DNA of 62,880 bases, the filler included, from Asterionella formosa (taxonomy: Eukaryota): assembly GCA_002256025.1 (NCBI GenBank). It is 9 parts of 9 records of this genome, joined end to end, with 100 filler letters (N's around TTAATTAATTAA, not from the genome) between each part and the next. Parts side by side here need not be neighbours in the genome. Positions count along the whole stretch, not along the records: positions 7,018 to 13,933 come from NKIB01012575.1; positions 14,034 to 20,944 come from NKIB01012577.1; positions 21,045 to 27,952 come from NKIB01012578.1; 6 more parts are not named here. One strand, given 5' to 3'. Shown piece after piece: positions 10,892 through 21,236 of the stretch. Each line of letters starts with the position of its first letter. Positions within the stretch are counted from its first letter, which is position 1. A program made the translations under genes and the position numbers. Under the pieces are notes generated by a model that had not been told where the DNA came from, did no database searches, and saw only the letters and a program-made list of their open reading frames with translations.

Positions 10892-13710
10892 ATGGATAGA
10901 CAGGAAGAGAGGCAAATAAAGTGGTTCTGGCGGAAAATCTTCTGGTTGACACTTGATCATCATGAGAAAGGAAGTGGTCGGTGTGAGTTTGTGTACCTGA
11001 GAATGGAAGGAGGAGTCAAGCCCGAGTTTCCATCTGGAAAGAATGCATCTTTGTGGGTGGATACATGTGTTGCAAGGCGATTGTGTGGTGGGAGGAAGGA
11101 TGGCAATGTAGTAATTGATGAAATTTTCACGAAGGTGATGACACCTTCTGCAAATAAAAGAAAATGCGACTTTGGTGAAGAAGCAAGGAATAGTGACAAT
11201 ACAGCAAATGATTCTCGTCGTTCTGACTCACTTTATGATAGCAATCAACCTCATGTTCCTGGATTTGTCGATTGGTGGACTTCTGGCGATGCCCGGCTCC
11301 TTTTTGCGCCATGTGGCAAATACAACAATTATTGCAATTTGAAGGACATCGTCATGGACAGAATTGAACTACTTGAGTTCATTGAATCAGAATTCAAGCA
11401 ATTGGAGACTTGTTGTTGAGGAAGGGGATAAGGAAAATACATGCAGCTCCAATGATATATTTAGGATTCGACAAAGATGTATGTATTTGGTGATTGCATT
11501 GCACAAGTTTGTAAATGAAGAACAAACTGGAATGAGATGGACATGGAAGAAGTGCATCATGCACTCTATAAGTGAAATGAACGATGTTGGTGTTGAAGTC
11601 TACACTAACTGGCGATCTTTACAGCGATGGCATCGTCAAATTGTTACTAGGTTCAACAATACTTTCTTGAAGGCACCATCTGCCAAGCAATTAATGCCAC
11701 CATTTTTCCGGGAGCACCCAGATGCTATGGATGCATTTAAAAGATAAAGAGTGGTTCACTTGAAGGAGCTGTCCATTGAATTGATGCATAGCTATGTGCA
11801 TGATAGCTTGATTCCAGCAACAATGAAGAGTCTGGGACAGGCATTTGACGAAGACACAACAAGCAACAACAATTTAGAGAAAAATTCCGTGACTGCAGCA
11901 ACAAAGGAATCTTATCTAAGGATATATGAATTGAAGTGTATATCCATGTCTACGATTGTACGCTGGATGCATGTTGTTGGATTCAGGTACCAAAACAGAG
12001 CCAAACACTATTTTGTAGATGGTCATGAGAAGGCCACAACTTTGGAGTACAGACCAGCATATACAAAGAAGTATCTTGATTTGGAGGTACAGGCACACAG
12101 ATGGATTCAGTTCAGTATTGATGAGTCTAAGATACTAGAGATACAAGGTTATGTAGCAAAAGATACAGGCTATCACTACAGCAGTTCTGGTGTAGACATG
12201 GTAGAATATCATTTTGATAAGGTTGGGAAAATGCTAGATGTTCAGTATGGCGGCAACCTAAGTTTCAGGAAGTGTCTTGATGACCCTGTGGTTTTTTTTC
12301 GGCCAAGATGAGGCCATCTTCAAGGAATTCTTCCTGCCATCTAAGATGTGGACTGGACCTAGTGGTGAGAGACCACTTCTACCTAAAGATGCATGAGGGC
12401 TCCGGTTTAATGATTAGTTCCCTGATCTGTCGAGAACATGGACTGATTAGGGAACTAGACATTAATCTTCTAACTCAAGTCAATCATTCTAGACTACATT
12501 CTAAGTATGCTGACGAAGAAGCTGCTATAGAAGTTTATGGAAGTGCTCTAAAAAAATCTAAAGAAATCTCCTTTTCTGGTTTACTTTGAGTATGGAGAGA
12601 GTGAGGAGGGATAATGGAATTATGCACACATGGTGTGTTAGTTCGAAGATTGTGTAGATGTCCTCAAGATACTACTACAGCCCACTTACCATTTTGTATT
12701 CCTCTTTGACCAATCATCTGGTCACTCAAAGCAACGCCCTGATGGTTTGAATGCAAACCGAATGAACAAGTCATTTGCAGGAAGGAACACGTTGATGAGA
12801 GAAACAAAAATAGAAACAGTACAAGGATACTACCTGGGAACTTACAATTCAATTCTACATCCAGGCGATACTCAATGCCTTACTTTTCTACAATCAGATC
12901 AGGGTCCATTTTGGCTCACCCCTACTCAAGCTGAATTATGTCGCCATGATATTGTGATTGGAACAAAAAATGCTGACCGAAATCGGCTGTCATTGACAAT
13001 GGACCTGCTAAGCAAAGAAGTTAACACGAAAGGGAAAAGCAAAAGATAGTTAGTCAAACTATGTACAAAGAATGCCATTGAAACCAAAGAACTAATTGAA
13101 AGAAAGAAAGAAGGTTGGGTGGGTGGGTGGGTGGGTAAGTCGAAGGGTTTGCTAGAGGTGTTATGGGATAGAGGATTCATTGATAAGACAAGCATTGAAA
13201 AATACAAACTTACTAGAAAGAACGACGATTTCGGAATCGTTGCCAATTCTACAAGCTTAAGACACATGATGACCATGTGCTCCGACTTCCTTCATGAGCA
13301 AGGAATGATGGAATTCATTGAACGAAAGGTTGGAGTGGAAGTTATTCTAACTCCAAAAATCCATGCAGAACTTGCAGGCAAAAAGTTGAGTACATGTGGG
13401 CATGCTCCAAAAACCACAATCGAAATCTTTCCCTGAAGGAAAAGAAAGGGAAAGACAAATTTACAGAAGCAGTTAGAAAATTTTTGTCGGTCGCTGTGAT
13501 TAAATTGATGCAAATAAGAAAATTTGCAAAACGAGCGAGACAATATTTGATTGCTTACCATGCAATTTAAAGTGGTCAAGTCAACATTATACACTCACAA
13601 AGCGACAGACATGGACCTGTTGCAGTTGAGAAGTTGATTGGCAAGTTCAGAACTCATCGTTGCGCAATGGAATTTGATTTTAAGTTTGTAATCAAAATCG
13701 ACGACAATGA
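10892..13710 (+). pseudogene. Large Tc1/mariner-IS630-like DDE transposase, near full length but with many stops and frameshifts
   Basis: Motifs in order: YFVDGHEK, GQDEAIFK (D1), LLPKD.EGSGLMIS, FVFLFDQSSGH (D2), DGLNANRMN, KGLLEVLWDRG, TPKIHAELAG..VEYMW (E), FRTHRCAM. Confidence 0.85.
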
Positions 13711-13790
13711 TTAATTATAAATATTTAATGATGAACGAGTAACTATTTCTAATAAAGGGAAATAAACATCTAATATGATGACTCTTCTTT

Positions 13791-13933
13791 GCATTACCAC
13801 TGAAGTGATTTCGCTTCAAACCTGTCATGATGGACGACGATTGGCATGGCTGGTGAAAGGTGAATTGCCGGAGTCCACCAGCCACTTGTCAGGAGACGAA
13901 CAAAAACGAGGTGAATTTTTGATATAAGTTATT
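13791..13933 (-). repeat. Inverted copy of 7018-7160 (GGCAATTCCC-family internal sequence)
   Basis: 143-bp reverse-complement match to the contig start with about 4 mismatches. Confidence 0.9.
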
Positions 13934-14033
13934 NNNNNNNNNNNNNNNNNNNNNNNNNNNNNNNNNNNNNNNNNNNNTTAATTAATTAANNNNNNNNNNN
14001 NNNNNNNNNNNNNNNNNNNNNNNNNNNNNNNNN
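13934..14033. other. Artificial contig linker
   Basis: N44-TTAATTAATTAA-N44. Confidence 0.97.
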
Positions 14034-15889
14034 ACTTCATTCAATATTACGCATCATACTTTGGTGATGTATGCATCGATGTAACCCTATCGTGATATCA
14101 CATTATCATCTTATCAATCATGATGAGATGATTAAGAACTGTATTATTCTGCATCGTAGTTCGTAGTACAGAGTATGATATTATAACACGCACTTTAGTA
14201 GCTAAGTCACTCCTGTAATGTAAACAAGTCGACAGTGCACATTCACACACGCTAATCAGGTTTGAGGAAACGGACAGTGGCTCCAACAAGCGAATAATGA
14301 TACCACGAGTACAAATTTTTCCAGCGTAAGAACTTGTCTCTCTATTGATGAGGATGACACGGACACCGACTTTTCCAGGAGCAAACAACAATGAAGAAAC
14401 CCACAGTGTCGCTCTATTGATGTCAAAAAAGATGCGGAAAAGATCAACAGTGAATACAAGAACAACATACCAATGAAAACAAGTCGGCAGTGTGTGTACG
14501 CACACGCCAAGCAGGTTTGAGGCAACGGACAGTTCCAACAAGCAAATGACGATACAGATATCAAATATTTCCTATGAGCAAACAACAATGAAAAGAGTCA
14601 CTTGCTTTCGCTCTCTTGATGGTATCAAAGATGCGGACAAGTTCAATAGTAAATACAAGTACAGCATGCCAAATGCAGAAACGAGCGAGCGATATGAAAA
14701 TGAAATTCTCATCAGAATCGTCATTCTATAACTATAGCTATGTAGACAGTAGTCTGTTACGCACATTTTCGTATCTCCTTCTATGCTGAATCTCAATAGT
14801 AGATGTAGTGTCGTATCATGTGAGAATTGAAAATGTCAACGAGAACAAGTAGAATGTGTTTGTTTTCGGGCTGATTGGCGAAATTGTCATGCTGAAGTCG
14901 ACGAAACGGATTTACTTTGTGCTCTGTGTGCGGAACCATTACGAGTTCGAATGATTTCTTCTCTCCTGTAAACTCTTAATTGAATGATTATGAACAAAGG
15001 TTCATTGCACGTGACGATTACTCGAAGATATAATGATCACTTGACCAAAAAAATTGAAGACGTTATCACAAACATTCATTCCGCTTGTCATCGCTAGTAT
15101 TTCGTTGTTGTTGCAAAAATCGGAGTGATGACGGATGGAAATGACGAGCCAAATTACATTACTTGAACTGGTACATTATCCTACCAAGAAATTCGAATAC
15201 AGGAATCAAATAGAAACAATACATATAATAATTAAATATATGTAGTGAAAAGGGTTACCATTTAAATTACAAAGGCATTTATCAAAATTATTAGATGTTA
15301 TAACGAAATATTATGATCAGATGATCACAATCCTATGATGCATCATGGAAATATGATAGTTTTTATTTGCAAACGTAGCTATGATTGAGGTTGTAACACT
15401 GATTGATGCTCTGGTGACAGACGGGAAATATTCGTGTTGTGTGATGAGCCATTTCGTTTTCATTGGATTTCTTTTCAAGCTCTTAACGGGGGATTACATA
15501 GTACAAACAGACTGTGGAATGTAGATGATGATTCATCGAAGACATATGATGACTTGAACGACAAATGAAGATTTTATCACAAACACTCGTTCCTTTTGAC
15601 AAGGCTGGTTTGTCGCTCGTTGTTGGAAGAATCAGAGTGAGGAATGGCGAGGATAATGAGCCAAATCACATTACTCTAACTGGTACATTATCCTACTAAG
15701 AAATTTAAATAAAGGAACTTAAAAGAAAAAATACATATAATAATTAAATTTGCATTGTCAAAAGGGTTGCTATTTAAATTACGAGGGCATTATCAAAATT
15801 ATTAGATGATATCATAACGAAAAATGATGATCAGATGATCATAATCCCATGATGCATCATGGAAATATGATGGTTTTTATTTGCAGACG
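14034..15889. mobile_element. CGTCTG-terminus element, end B copy with tandemly duplicated terminus
   Basis: 14034-15375 is the reverse complement of ~59139-60435. A second, diverged copy of the terminal ~400 bp ends ...TTTATTTGCAGACG at 15889. Confidence 0.8.
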
Positions 15890-16089
15890 CATATTTGCCT
15901 GCATTTTTCTCTGTAGGAAAAGACTCCATGGTAAGTTCCCGTGTCACTACACATGCATATTCTGATTGGATGAATTGAATTTACTAACCTGCTCCAGACC
16001 ACCTGGAGCATCCCAGTCTTGTAAAATTATGCCATCCATACTTGAACCACATGTACTCTCAGATACATCAGTGAAATCAGTACTAGTAC

Positions 16090-16620
16090 CAGTAGTTTTA
16101 TGTAGGAACTGAACACAAGGAGGGGCTTTCATGTTGCTGTTGTCGAATGAACATCGTGCATTCGTCCCTTAAAATGATTGGTAAGTCCACAATGGTTGCA
16201 TTTATTGGCGGCAGGAGGTTGAACACTTCCTTTGGCATCCTCTGTGACTGCTATACCTGATTCGTAAGTTCTTCCTCTTTTCTTGTTTGATAATTTCAAA
16301 TCGCACACAATGTATCGCTTCGCTTCATTTCTGTTGCCTTGCAAGCCTTTTTTGTATTCCGAATCGTTTGTTTTTGACGTTGACTCCAAAAGGTTTGTAG
16401 TTGGGGTGACATTGTCATTCCCAATTTTTCATATATATCTGACATGTATTTATCAGCGCCTTTTGTCTGTTGTCCTGACACTTACGCTATTCAATAGAGC
16501 AGGCTTCGGGAGCCAGCAAACATTTTGTTCTTTGGACAACGCTTCGAAACAGCATTGTTCATTGCCTCATTCACTTGTGTATCAAATGGGTGATGTAATG
16601 CTTTGAGTTTCTCACCTACA
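16090..16620 (-). pseudogene. Mutator-like transposase C-terminal remnant
   Basis: LHHPFDTQVNEAMNNAVSKRCPKNKMFAGSRSL resembles the TQxNExxN..PK catalytic-Glu motif. It is followed by YMSDIYEKLG, YESG and a CNHCGLTNH knuckle, with internal stops. Confidence 0.65.
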
Positions 16621-17204
16621 TAGATTTTTTAAATCTTGATAGCCCCCTTTATTGACTATTTTGGGATAGTTATGATTCCAAGAGGGATTACTGCCACTTC
16701 CCTCCAGAAATGAGGTCCTTACCATATGTGAATAGGCTAAAAAATCCCCAAGTCGAGGAATAACTGTATCTGATCATATGCAAAGTGGTTGTATTGTTGG
16801 AAGCTCATTTTTCCTTTAACTATTATATTTAGTTCAACGCTGCTGCCATCATAGTTACCTACGACCTACGTAATCATACTGTAGCTAACAATGATACTGA
16901 ATACGCACCGGTAGTCATGTGGTTGCAAGCAGCTGGAGAATCCTTCATCGCTAGCTTCACGGTGTTCGCCTTGATGATCAACAGTTTGATCATTTTCTCA
17001 AATACAGGACGATCGTCCGTTGGAGCTAGTACTTATAATATACATAGAGTATATTTAGCGTACTAGGTGAGTCCGCAAACACCCTTCACAAAAGATGATT
17101 GTCGTAGCCACAGCATTAGGGAAACTCCAACCACCTAGGAAGGCGGCATAAACTGCTTGTAGGGGGACAACCCACTATTTCTTGCACGCCAGGCAAGACC
17201 GTGC

Positions 17205-17317
17205 AGGACGGTAAGGAGTGTGGGAGTCGAACCCAACAATTGCTTCTAAAAAATTGAGGGAATCGAACCTCATAACCTCAGATCAAAGGCAACGTGATCA
17301 ACCAACTACCGTAAGCC
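17205..17317 (-). other. tRNA-like / Pol III-type segment (possible SINE head)
   Basis: Minus strand shows an A-box-like GTAGTTGGT, a B-box hairpin TGAGG-TTCGATTC-CCTCA, T6, then a second B-box hairpin TGGG-TTCGACT-CCCA. No full cloverleaf. Confidence 0.4.
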
Positions 17318-17577
17318 ATTCCCTCATTTTCTCATATCAACGACATTGTCTATCATAGAATCAATACGTATTCATCTAATGAATAGGATATAGACATCAA
17401 ACTTTACAGATAATCATACTTTCTGGTGCTTGTAAATGATGCATGATTGCTGAAGGTAATGCTTGACCGAGGGTGGAGACTGCCTGCACTTGTTTGGTCA
17501 ACCTACTTGCGCCCCCCAAGCCTCGAACACAAGAATACTCACAGGCAGAATCCTCCCGAGTACTAGGGGATTACCTA

Positions 17578-20032
17578 GGTAATTCACAAACTAGCTATCG
17601 GCAAGCTTTTCGCCACTACATTGTTGCCCTTTCAGTTAACATTGAAAACCAATTTTAGATAGTTTGTATGTTGGATGCGAACTAGCCAATTGCCCATCAT
17701 ATAAAACATCTATTGCATTTTTCATATGTACAGTTTTTGGATTACTCAATCCTGCAATTGCCCATCATATAAAGCATATTTTGTATATTTCATATGCTCC
17801 GTTTTTCGACTGCCAAACTACCTTCAATTTTTTCGATAGCCCCTAGATTTTATTGCCGAAATCGACTGCCGTTTATTAAAGGGAATTTGATTACTGATAT
17901 CTATAGCCCCTCAATTGACTGCCCTTTACTTACTAAGGAAAATCGACTACCGACATTGGACGAGAGTAGGAGGAGCTGCATGAAGGCACGAAATTATGGT
18001 TTTCTTTAAAGTGTTGACAGCAATTTCACTATTTACATCCCTGCTATCTTCCAGCATGCTCCAAGGTATAACAACTCTGTTCATGGATGTCTCAAAAATC
18101 GACTCTTAATCAAATAGATCTGGCTGGTTGTTGGATAATTCGACTTCTTATGGGATTCATGTGGTCGCATCGTGCTTGCTTCATCACAGTGGCACCAAAA
18201 TTTCGGTTCCCCTTTCTGTTGATTTCCGATAGCCTTTCCGGTCAACTCCTTCGCTAGATTTGATATGTAGTGATAAAAAAATTAATGATTGTTCAGAAGC
18301 GACCTCAATCAGTTGTTGAGTATCAAAACTCGAAACGTTATGGTAGGTCAAAGTTAGGCTTCCACCTCGTCATTGAACCGGATTTTTCGTCAGATATGAT
18401 CAGCCGTAAAATTTTAACTATATTTTTGTAGTATGTTTTCTACGTGTTCTACACTATCTCAAATCAGATCTCGGCAGCAAGTTTTAGTGCTCATGTGTTG
18501 GCTTTTTTCCGCTGCTCTACAATAGTATTGTTTCATTGCTTTCTAATCACAATATTGCTTTTGTTACTTCTGCATAATCTTCTACAATGACAACGAAAAG
18601 TTGTCAATCTCAATGAGCTATCGCAAACTCCGCAAAGCAACCGGAACATGATGGAACCGGTGTTCTGCATTAACTCGTATTCAACAAGGAAGAGAGGACA
18701 GATACCGGCATGTCCTTGTTGATTGTTGTTGTCATTTTTGAGTTCCCGCCATTGTCGATTTTACTAATTATGAAACATATTTCTTCCTTTTCAGAACGTT
18801 GATGAAGGCTATCGTCATGCTACTCCTCCACTTCCTGACGATGCAACAAATCAGTATTCACTGGTCAAACCAGCTTGTCCAATGAGGTGAAATATGTTGC
18901 CAGTTGTTGTTTTCACGAGGTATAATAAACACACACTACCATTATTCTTTTCCTGTTTCCCAATGCTAGCAAGCCACTTTTGTCGAAACTGGCACAAAGA
19001 TTGCAAAGGCTTCAGGTCGCAAACAATGTGGGCAACATATCCTGCCAGTACCAACAACATATCACTCCATTGCTCCCTATCAACCTATTCAAACCTGTCC
19101 TCCTCAATTTCCCAAGCCACAAACGCCCCACATCAGCCAGCAAATTTTCGACGCATCCTGCTCCTCCTCCTGCCGGATACTACCAGAAGTCTGCACTCCC
19201 GCCAGCACCAAACCTCCACTATCAAGCTGTTGCTCCTCCAACACCTCCGCAACCACAAGTCCGAATCAATACAGAAACCAGCACTGCCTCTAAATCCATT
19301 CAGGCATCGGTTTCTGCTCCTCCAGGCCCGATCTGAACATTTCTGAAATTTTTGTCGTTGCAATGACAAAAAAGTGTGAGTTGACAATTGTTAATGAAAA
19401 TGCGTTGACACATTTTCACACGATTTTTCCGCCTTTTCTTTTCTTTTCTTTTTCACTTTTTATTCTACTCCCGCCCTGCTTGTCATTTTCATGTCTTACC
19501 TTACGATTTCCGTATCATAACTACTTTGGTTGCTTAACAACATTGTGTCGAATTTTCGATGCTTGTTACAATCATTCTTGTGTTTTTTGGGCTGTTCCAA
19601 GGCGCCAGGAGAAAACCTATCCGGCCGCTTTCCCCGCCTGTCCCATCGATGTGGGGTGCTTGGGGGGCATCATGGGAGGATTCGAACTCTTCCCACCAGT
19701 TCACGTGTTCAGGAATGTTTTTGAGGCACCCCGTCATCCAATCATGTCCAAGTGTCCGCTGAACAATCATTCTTGTGTGACAATTTTTCATGCATGTACC
19801 AGTATTATCGGTGGTCCATGCATTTTTGATGTGTCCAAACTTTTTCCCATGAAAATTCTACTCCTGACGTTGCTCGATGGTCCCTGCTGCTCAAACCTAA
19901 AATTGACTGCCGAAGAATCCACTTTGCCCCATATTGCCCCTATGTAAAAAAATTACTAAGAGATACCAAAAATTACTTAGACACCCACAGTTCTCATCGA
20001 AAAGCAATACGATAGCTAGGGTAAGGATTTCT
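17578..20032. mobile_element. Older sister of the GGCAATTCCC TIR family, both ends present (~2.45 kb)
   Basis: Left GGTAATTCACAAACTAGCTATCG and right CGATAGCTAGGGTAAGGATTTCT share a 10-bp inverted core. It shares subterminal TTGCCCATCAT, TGCCGAAATCG and GCCCCATATTGCCC motifs with 20067-20340 and 8520-8660. Confidence 0.6.
19583..19762 (-). mobile_element. SINE-like retroposed insert (180 bp) with 15-bp TSD and A6 tail
   Basis: Flanked by ACAATCATTCTTGTG at 19568-19582 and 19763-19777. The minus strand ends in AAAAAA and contains B-box-like GAGTTCGAATCC. A related single, empty site is seen at ~8450 and ~44382. Confidence 0.6.
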
Positions 20033-20066
20033 GAAGGCAAGTAGCCGCCGAGAAGGGTATTGTTGA

Positions 20067-20944
20067 GGCAATTCCCGCTCTAGCTATCGTCGCATCATTC
20101 GCTTACCTACTGCCCACAAATTTAGCATAAATGTCAATTTTAGCCTACTATTGCCCATCATATTAAAAAAAATGAATATTTCCTATCTTCACCTCCAAAA
20201 TTGCCCATCATTAAAATAAATTTTGTATAATTCATATGTTCGCATTTTGGCAAGACAACACACGCCAATTGCCCCTCGGTTTTCCAGTCCTGGGATTGCC
20301 GAAATCGGCAAGGGGTCTACTTAAGGAAACCATTTTATATTCTATACAGATTCTAATAATTTATATCTAGAATTCACCTCCATCATGACCGGTTTGAAGT
20401 GAAATCTGTGCTGCGATGACGCCAGTAGCGATTCTTTGCCTAACGGATGCAGTTTATTGTTGGATTGCTTGTCTTCTCCAGGTACCGGTATTCATCCATG
20501 TAGTCGCATCGTCCATATTTCGTCGGTACGAACGATGATATCGATACATCTGATGTTGGTGGCAAGTTTTTGCTCCGGTCATGTATGTAATGATGCTTAA
20601 CGGATATTCTACCGGTACCGGCAGTCATCTAGTCTACATACATACGTGGTACTAAAAACAACCATGCATGGTTTAAGCTATGCTTTAACGCTTACTTTGA
20701 ACACGTTATAATATTATCTCTGTAGACTCGGTATTATTTTTACGAGACCTGAAATGTTGAATTACATCGTTGACATGTTCATTGATTTTACGTACCATAT
20801 GCCCGATTTCGTCCTCACAAATATAGTTCTCACTCTATCTTGCCTGCCTTTGCTCTATTCGGGCTTGCAATAGGCAACGTTCGTCTTTCTTTGATCCCAT
20901 CGTCTGCTGCTTGTTATGCTAGTTGAAGCGGATCGGTGAGTACA
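20067..20944. mobile_element. GGCAATTCCC-family TIR element, left end
   Basis: The left TIR GGCAATTCCCGCTCTAGCTATCGT continues into sequence closely matching 7018-7670, apart from a ~75-bp deletion near 20380. Confidence 0.8.
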
Positions 20945-21044
20945 NNNNNNNNNNNNNNNNNNNNNNNNNNNNNNNNNNNNNNNNNNNNTTAATTAATTAA
21001 NNNNNNNNNNNNNNNNNNNNNNNNNNNNNNNNNNNNNNNNNNNN
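20945..21044. other. Artificial contig linker
   Basis: N44-TTAATTAATTAA-N44. Confidence 0.97.
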
Positions 21045-21051
21045 CCCTTAC

Positions 21052-21236
21052 CCTCTAGACGAGGGATCAAGATATGTCATGATCCCGCGCCCTTCTCGTT
21101 GTCCAAACTGATTCCATTCTCCTTCATACTCGCCATCAGTATAATTCATATTGAAAAGAGACAGCCTTTCGCCGCCATTTGGAGCAGAGCTGCAGTCATC
21201 AGAAGAACTTTCACTGGCTACATCAAAAATATCCAT
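21052..21236 (-). CDS. MORN-repeat protein, first exon (gene runs off the contig)
   Basis: GEYEGEWNQFGQREGRGIMTY is a MORN repeat. The ORF's apparent stop falls inside a GTAAGG splice donor at the contig edge. Confidence 0.65.

Noticed and set aside
17252..17317. Functional tRNA gene
   Set aside because: The T-arm is present, but no convincing acceptor or anticodon stems could be folded.
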